Positions 56,714 through 64,000 of a stretch of 64,000 nt of DNA are shown here, one piece after another (position 1 is the first letter of the stretch; every line of letters starts with the position of its first letter). The position numbers were made by a program, and so were the translations under genes. The notes under the pieces are model-generated. The model ran no database searches and was not told where the DNA came from. It worked only from the letters and a program-made list of their open reading frames with translations. The stretch is from the human T2T-CHM13v2.0 reference genome, Homo sapiens. Location: NCBI RefSeq assembly GCF_009914755.1, contig NC_060925.1; one strand, 5' to 3'.

Positions 56714-57264
56714 CTATCCTTTCACCCACATGGTCACTGTGGAGATGACCATCTGACCAGACTTCGGAGCCCCCAGGCAGAAGAAAGGCTGCAGGGGGCC
56801 TGGGAAGGTGGCCTGGGAGTAGGTGTGCAGGTGGGACCCATCGCTTACACTGTAGAAGGACACTTCCCCGGCTTCGAAGTCCAGGAAGATGCCCATGTGG
56901 CTGGGAGGCTCCATCAGCATGACCGGGGTTAGGGCAGAGAAGGTGGATAAGTACTTGGTCCCCTTGGACAGCTGCACCACCCAGAAGCCGTTTTCGGGGC
57001 ACTTGGGGACCCTGTCTTTCCGGCTCACGTTGTCCCTGCACACACCCAGGGCCCACAACGCGTCCCCGGTGATGTTCATGCCCACCTCCCAGTAGTGCCT
57101 CCCAGAGGAGAAGGCCGTCTGGCCCACAGCACAGGGGTAAGCCACAAATCGGTCCTTGCTGCAGAACCCACTGCCCTCCGGCGAAGAGCCGAGGTAGCGC
57201 CTCTGGCGGCTCTCATACAGGAGGAGGTAGGGGTACGCGGAGGTGGCATCAGGCACCACATCCT
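56714..57264 (-). CDS. TRIM17: TRIM17 last coding exon (PRY/SPRY)
   Basis: ctacag|AGGATGTG; [16 protein letters not shown]; ends MWVKG*. Confidence 0.96.
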
Positions 57265-57684
57265 CTGTAGATGGGCGTGGTGGTGGAGAGATGGGGAGAG
57301 GTGTGGGGCATTCAGGGTCAAAGGTGGGAGTCCCCGGGCCCTAGTGGTGGATGTGGCCAATGGTCCCCTAACTCCGCAGAGGCCTCCCCTGCTGTGAATC
57401 TGGGGTTACTTGATGCTTCCACACACCAATTGTGTGTGGGCCTTGGTGGCAATAAGGTACAGGGGGCTGGGCAGAGAGACCACTGGGAACTCAACAAGAT
57501 TCATCCCATGAATTAGAACCACCAGTAACGCCGCCCTACGAAGGCACAGTGAATAGCCAGTGACCGTCACCAGGCAGTGCACTTGTAGAACCCCCCCCAT
57601 TGGTGGCTTCCGAGGCTAGGGGGTACAGTGGGGCATCGCCAAGAGATCCTGGGTCAGAGGTCCTGGCCCTGGGTGCCCACTTAC

Positions 57685-57788
57685 CTAGAAAGCCTCTTAG
57701 CACTTCAATCTGTCCGGGAACTCTGCACACAGTCCTGGGTCTGGTTGGGGGGGCAACCTCTGGGCACTGCACACTCACGTTGTTCTTC
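57685..57788 (-). CDS. TRIM17: TRIM17 coding exon 5 (104 nt), GAG acceptor
   Basis: ccggag|GAAGAAC...CTAG|gtaagt; gives a 477-aa total. Confidence 0.88.
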
Positions 57789-57901
57789 CTCCGGTGGGCA
57801 CACACAGGGGAGTCTTATTGACTCCCCTGGCCCGACAGTCTTATTGTCCCCCCCGCCCACCGCTGCCACTGCCCCCGCCCCTGCCTGAGGGGACCACATA
57901 C

Positions 57902-57924
57902 CTGCTCAGGGGTTCCTTCATGTC
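57902..57924 (-). CDS. TRIM17: TRIM17 coding exon 4 (23 nt, DMKEPLSR)
   Basis: ttgcag|GACATG...AGCAG|gtatgt. Confidence 0.93.
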
Positions 57925-58609
57925 CTGCAAAAGACAGGGACAGAGGGTGGGGAGTGAGCCAAGCTCCTGGCTCACCTCAATGTCCCTGCTCCCTTCTTGT
58001 CCGTGTCTTAGGGCAAGACCCATCCTGTCCCCTGGGCATTCCCTTCCCACAATTGAGCTTCATGGCACTCCTGAGCCTTCCCCACTGCCCTAGCTCCCAC
58101 TACCACCAGAGCCCCCAGTGCCTCACCTAAGCTGAGCTACCCTGTCAGCCCACGGCCACACGCCTGAGGTCCTGCAACTCAGGAGAGGCGGAGGGACCCC
58201 TTCCAGGCAAGTGGCCACTCAACACTGACCCTCCTCTCCCATTTCAGGTGGGTGCAGCCCACTCAGCAGGAATGGGGTGGGGGCGCAATTGGGTGCAGTT
58301 TGGGGAGGGAGGGGGGTGGGTAAGAGACTGAGGCACCTGGGGATTTTCTGTAGCCTCTTTAGGGATTCAGAGTTCCCTAAAGAGATCACTGTTTACTTCT
58401 CTGGCCTGGAAGCTACAAGGGACTTGTTTTCCAAAGGCCATATTTCTAGTTGCCAGAGCGTGACCCTAACTCTAGGCAGGGACTCTCATGCAGGTGGCGC
58501 GCTTGGCCCTCTGCTCATAGGAGCACCCTTCTACCAGCTGCAGGGGCTTTTCCCTCAGTTGGTCAGCAAACCAATGTAGTGGGTTGTGAACAGGCTGCTT
58601 TGTTTTTCC

Positions 58610-58800
58610 TTTTCCTTTTTTTTTTTTTTCCTAGATGTGATCTCACCATCACCCAGGGTGGAGTGCAGTGGCGCAATAGCTCACTACAGCCTTGAACTCA
58701 CGGGCTCAAGCAGTCTTCCTGCCTCAGCCTCCTGAGTCCTGGGACCACAGGCGCACGCCACCATGCCCTGCTAATATTTTTAAGTTTTTGTAGAGATGGC
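58610..58800 (-). mobile_element. Alu right arm (antisense)
   Basis: Poly-T then ggagtgcagtggcgcaatagctcac. Confidence 0.85.
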
Positions 58801-59039
58801 GTCTTATCAGCCGTAATCAAGCCCCCTCTCCAGGGCCATGGCACACAGGCTGGTCCCGGCAGACAGGCTGGCTGCTTCACCTCCCCACTGCCGTTGCCAC
58901 ACAACTCACTCCTGGGACAGTGCACCTCCTCCACACCGAGACATGGAGTCCCTGTCCCAAAGCCACACCTGGCTGCCAGGTGTCCCAAGCCACCTCTCTG
59001 GACTTGGAAGGAAATGGGGACACTGTCTCAGGTTGGAAC

Positions 59040-59350
59040 CTGTAAGGGGCTGACTTGTGTCCCCACTAATTCACAGGTTGAAGCCTGAACCCTCAGGACC
59101 TCAGAATGTGACTGTGTTTGGAGATAGCATCTTTAAGGAGGGAGTTGAGGTCACTGGGGTGGGCCCTAATCCAGTCTGACTGGTGTCTTTATACAAGGAG
59201 ATGATTAGGACAGAGACGTGCATAGAGAGATGATGCCATGAGGACGCGGGGAGGAGACGGCATCTTCAGGCCTAGGAGAGAGGCTCAGGAGGAACCAGGC
59301 CTGCCCGCACCTTGGCCTCAGCCACCCAGCCTCCAGGACTAGCAGACTGG
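59040..59350 (+). mobile_element. MLT1 (MaLR) LTR
   Basis: cctcagaatgtgactgtgtttggagatag...gggccctaatccagtctgactggtgtc. Confidence 0.75.
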
Positions 59351-59458
59351 GAGCTAACAGCCCTTTCCCGTTGGCTGCCTCTTCCCCAAGCCCAGCGCCC
59401 CCTGCCCATGCCTGTCAGAGCTCACATCCCACCCTGCCTGCCAAGCCTACTGGCTCAC

Positions 59459-59689
59459 CTGCAGCATCTGGAGGGGCCCCTGTGTGCTCCGCTCCTCCAG
59501 CTGCAGCAGCAGCAGCTCCAGAGAGTGACCCTGCCGGTCCAGGCAGGCCACGCTCTCCCGGAGCCTGCTGGCAGTCTCCTCTTCTTCCGTCTCCAGAGCC
59601 TGGAGGAGCCTCTGCTCTTCTTCCACCAGGTAGAGGTTCATCTTCTCAAACTCCAGCACAATGCGTTCTCTCCGCTCCTTCACCTTGCC
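59459..59689 (-). CDS. TRIM17: TRIM17 coding exon 3 (231 nt, coiled coil)
   Basis: ctgcag|GGCAAG...CTGCAG|gtgagc. Confidence 0.95.
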
Positions 59690-59996
59690 CTGCAGGAGTG
59701 GAGAAGCCCAGCATGTTGCCAGCAGGTGGCTCAGCTCCAGGGATGCTGGCACCTCTCCCCAGGGCCCTGGTGACCCACAAGATCACCAGCAACTGGAGCT
59801 TTAGTTGGGGACCAGGAACTGTGACAGAGGCCCCCACCTCTGCCATCCTGTGATACACTGAGTGTAACCCTCCGAGCCCCGAACTGCAACTTCTACACAT
59901 CCAAACACCCATGCACCCTTGCTCTGAGGAGGTTCAGAATGTCCACCCCCAGATAAGCCTCTTGGGCATGTTAAACAAAATTTATGGGTGGCCATT

Positions 59997-60420
59997 GTTT
60001 TTTGTTTTGTTTTGTTTGAGACAGGGTCTCGCTCAGTTGCCCAGGCTGGAATGCAGTGGCACTTATTGCAACCTTGACCTCCTGGGCTCAAGTCATCTGA
60101 GTAGCTGGGACCACAGGCATGCACCACCACATCCAGCTAGTTTTTAAATTTTGTGTAGGGACAGGGTCTTGCTCTGTTGCCCAGGCTGGAGTGCAATGGC
60201 ACAACCACAACTCACTGCAACTTTGACCTCCTGGCCTCAAGTGACCCTCCCACCTCAGCCTTCCAAGGAAGTGGGACGACAGACATGTGTCACCACCACC
60301 ATGCCCAGCTAATTTTTAATTTTTTTGTAGAGACAGGGTCTTGCTATGTTGCCCAGGCTGGGGTTCAGTGGCATGATCATGGTTCACTGCTGTCTCAGAC
60401 TCCTGGGCTCAGGTGATCCT
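59997..60420 (-). mobile_element. Compound antisense Alu fragments (three right-arm-like starts in tandem)
   Basis: gacagggtct...gttgcccaggctgg occurs near 60020, 60160 and 60333. Confidence 0.8.
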
Positions 60421-60991
60421 CAGGGGCCACTGTTTTGAACTGGGCTCCTGCGCTGGGTCCTAGAAGACCAGACCCAACCAGAATGGAGTCACTGGTGCTA
60501 ATGAAACCAAGGGGTTCACTGATCAGGTCAGCCTGCCCTGATTGCTTTTTGTTATTTTGTTTTTCCTTTTTCCATGAAGCTGAAGGCTGTGCCTCTGAAT
60601 GCTGACGCCCACCCTTCACTGGCTCTTTATAGATAATATTCACAGGTCACCATGGGACTGGTCGCTTCAGGAATGTGGGGCAGCTCCTGTCCAGCTGAAA
60701 CCAGTTGAGACCATCTGCCCTTCAAGTGGACCTGTCCCAGTGCCCGAGGTGGCCTTTTGATGTCAGAGGGCCAAAACTTCCAACCTCAGATCATGCTAAG
60801 GCTGCCGTTTCTGGTACCTGTGTCCTGTGAAATGCCATGCACCCCGACGACACCTGCACAGAATGGGCCTGCTGGACCACCCTGCCTCCGTAGTTCATAA
60901 AGACTCCCAAGCTGTATCACTTGGGAGGCAGGTTTAAGAGCTGTTCTCCCTCCTCTTCACTCAGTGGCCTTGCAAATAAATCTTTTCTCTT

Positions 60992-61108
60992 AGCTGGGTG
61001 CAGTGGCTAACGCCTGTAATCCCAGTGCTTTGGGAGGCTGAGGCGGGAAGATAGTTTGAGCTCAGGAGTTCAAGGCCAGCCTGGGCAATAGCAAGACCTT
61101 GTCTCTAC

Positions 61109-61139
<31 letters not shown>

Positions 61140-61305
61140 GGTCTTGGTGGCAAGTGCCTGTAGTCCCAGCTACTCAGGAGGTTGAAGCAGGAGGATCACT
61201 TGAGTCCAGGAATTTGAGGCTGCAGTGAGCTATGATTGCATCACTGTGCTCCAGCCTGGGCCACAGAGCGACTCTGACTCAAGAAAAAAACAAAAAATAA
61301 CAACA
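60992..61305 (+). mobile_element. Alu with expanded middle A tract
   Basis: Sense Alu. Confidence 0.88.
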
Positions 61306-61425
61306 AAGATCTCTAAATCTGTTTTAATTTTGTGTTTTGACAGGCATTAGGATTAAGGTTAACTAAAGGCCATTGAGAACCCGCAGAAGCAGGAAAACCT
61401 GTTTGCCTCCCCCATTAGCTGCCTA

Positions 61426-61750
<325 letters not shown>

Positions 61751-61914
61751 AGTGCCCTTTCATGAAGGAATTTCCAGTGGTCAAGGCATCTATACCAGAA
61801 AGAGAGTTCCAAAAACAACTCTTCACCTGAGACACTTGTTTAAATACTTAACCAACATCACCTGCCTCCCCAGCCCAGAGGCCCCCAAGCCCTATTCCTT
61901 TGTGGTGCTGACCT

Positions 61915-62050
61915 ACGCCCCTGCCCTCTGGCTGCCTCCTTTGTGGTATTGAGCCCCCACCTTCTGGCTGCCTCCTTTGTGGTACTGAGCCCCCGCCCTC
62001 TGGCTGCCTCCTTTGTGGTACTGAGCCCCTACCCTCTGGCTGCCTCTTTG
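61915..62050. repeat. Tandem repeat, 36-bp unit x ~3.5
   Basis: ccctctggctgcctcctttgtggtactgagccccc repeated; yields the GAQYHKGGSQRA peptide repeat in ORF 61913..62305. Confidence 0.9.
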
Positions 62051-62309
62051 AGTCTGATTTTTGAGGCCCCTTCTCTCCACCCTATGTGTGCATCTGTAAT
62101 TTAAAATTGCCTTTTTATCTTTTTCTCTGCTGTTCATCTGTCTTAAGTCAGTTTCATTCTGAGGCCAGCCACAGAACCTAGAAGGGTAGAGGCAACTTTC
62201 TTCTTTTCCTGCCACTGCGGCAGCATATCCCCACGGGCAGACACAGACGTGGAAATGCAGGAAGATGGAGCAGCAGCAGGAAAGGGACTGGACAGCCCTG
62301 GGCACCCAC

Positions 62310-62405
62310 CTGCCACTCGGCTAAGCTCTGCTCCTCCCTGGCCTGCAGATTCCCTGTCCTGGTGATCTGCTCCCGAAGGTACTCCATGTCCTCCTCCAGC
62401 TTCAA
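62310..62405 (-). CDS. TRIM17: TRIM17 coding exon 2 (96 nt)
   Basis: ccacag|TTGAAG...TGGCAG|gtgggt. Confidence 0.95.
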
Positions 62406-63004
62406 CTGTGGGACACACAAACCGCAGGATTTGGGATCAGCGATCCCCCCACCTCCTGCCTAGAGTCCAGTTGTGCTCGCTGAAACTGCACCCACCCCAG
62501 AGACCCTCCTCAGGAGGGGCAGGGGATCAAAATACGTCACCCAGAATGTGCCACCTTGGATTATTTTGAGCTGAAGGCACTTAAAAAAGGGCAGGTGTAA
62601 GAATTGCTGTGACCCTCGGCCTTCCTAAGAGCAGAAGGCACAGCCACCATGCCAGAGAGGACTGCCCTAGGCCAGGAGGAAAGCCATGTTCTTACCAAGG
62701 GCGGGAAAGCCGAAACCAGAGAAATCTGTGCAAAGGGACCCTGCTAAACTAACCCTCATCCTCCTCAGGTACATGTTTGGCTCTAACATGCTTCCATGGG
62801 CCTCTGGCTCCTTGGGAGCGACTCCTGGGTCATGGAAAGCTTACAGGGAATGAATTTCAGTGCTTTGCTTCTGCTTATCTGTCTCAAATCAGTTTGGTTC
62901 TCAGAGCCACCCAAAATACTCTGAGAGGAGAGGTAAGATTTTGCAATGCCTGCATCATACAGTGTAGGCCCACATTGTCCCCAGGGACACCCCTACCCAG
63001 CCAC

Positions 63005-63137
63005 AGGCCACCTTGTCCCCTGGATGCCTCCTCCCCAGCCCCTGACTCGGGCCACTTTGTCCCTGGACACCTCCTCCCTCCCCCATGATCTGGGTCACCT
63101 TGTCCCCCTGGATGCCTCCTCCCCGGCCCCTTGACCT
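63005..63137. repeat. Tandem repeat, ~43-bp unit x3 next to the TRIM17 first coding donor
   Basis: ggccaccttgtcccctggatgcctcctccccagcccctgac repeated. Confidence 0.8.
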
Positions 63138-63156
63138 GGGCCCCGATGTGGCCTAC

Positions 63157-63585
63157 CTTGTACCCCTGCACTGCCTCCTCGGCGGGCAGCACCCTGTGCA
63201 GCCGGTGCTCCCGGGACTCCCTGCACACCACACAGATGGGGCTCTGGTCCTTCTGGCAGAAAAGCTTGAGGGGCTCGTGGTGCTCCTGGCACAGGTCTTG
63301 CTTCTGCAGACCAGGATGCTGCTGCGCCATCTCGGCCACCTTGGTCAGCAGCCGGTTGGGCAGCAGGTTCCTCTGCGGGGACATCTCTCTGCACTCGGGG
63401 CAGGGGAAGGAGCCCTTCCGCTTCCGCCTCCCCTTCTTGCCCCTCGCCTTTTCCCAGCTCAGCTGGATGCACGCTCGGCAGAAGTTGTGGCCACAGGTGG
63501 TCATCACAGGGTCTGTGAAGTAATCCAGACAGATGGAGCACGTAGCTTCCTCCTGCAGTTTTCTGGCGAGTTCCACAGCCTCCAT
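63157..63585 (-). CDS. TRIM17: TRIM17 (terf) first coding exon, RING + B-box2; probable acceptor at 63626
   Basis: [19 protein letters not shown]...; donor TACAAG|gtaggc; total CDS 429+96+231+23+104+551 = 1434 nt. Confidence 0.96.
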
Positions 63586-64000
63586 GGCTCCTGGGAGACA
63601 CGAGGCAGGTTCCCGCTTGAGGGACTCTGGAGAGAGTTGGAGGGAGCAGCCCGATGATCTGGGCGCCGGCAGTGTGCAACCGTCCTGTACAGCCTCCCTT
63701 TACAGAGGAGGGCTAGGACTGCAGTCCAGTTAGAGAGTCCAGAGTCATCATTTTTAGCCTTGTCAACAACAGACACAGATGCCTCCCCAGAAACTACACA
63801 GACCCTCCCTGACCAATGCTCTGCAGGCCCCTCCGCCTCTCCTCTCCACTGGGCCTGGACCCTACCCGTCCACTTCCGCCTGCTGCTGGCTACCCCCAGC
63901 TCCACATCTCATCAGCTCCTCCTCCCCGACAGACCGTTGCCGGCTAGGCCTTCAACCTGCCTTTCTGGAGAAGCCTGCTAGGTCAGCTTAGGGAGAAGCC

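Noticed and set aside
61913-62305. ORF with GAQYHKGGSQRA repeats, or a CRISPR-like array
   Set aside because: Plain 36-bp head-to-tail minisatellite with no unique spacers, in human intronic DNA

Overview
Human genomic DNA (chromosome 1q42.13, recognised from the encoded proteins). The + strand carries the 3' part of OBSCN (obscurin). This includes the two obscurin-A-specific terminal exons (ankyrin-binding tail, stop 9565, AATAAA 10040) and the obscurin-B exons encoding Ig, kinase 1, the inter-kinase region, Ig, FnIII and kinase 2 (stop 27633, AATAAA 27689). A ~14 kb intergenic stretch of Alu, L1 and LTR repeats follows. The - strand carries the complete TRIM11 gene (6 coding exons, 468 aa, intronic MIR6742) and the complete TRIM17 coding region (6 coding exons, 477 aa). 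Exon boundaries were read by eye and checked for frame and phase consistency. I see no wholly new gene or system. The most interesting unexplained or non-canonical signals are: a U12-type (minor spliceosome) intron in OBSCN kinase 1 that is absent from kinase 2; an in-frame MGCC lipidation-type start upstream of the kinase module, closed here by a single TAG; a ~220-bp non-Alu inverted repeat just downstream of the TRIM11 poly(A) signal; a GC donor with a competing out-of-frame GT in TRIM11; and a perfect hairpin before a rare GAG acceptor in the TRIM17 intron paralogous to the TRIM11 mirtron. Repeat subfamily names and comparisons with reference alleles are from memory and need database confirmation.
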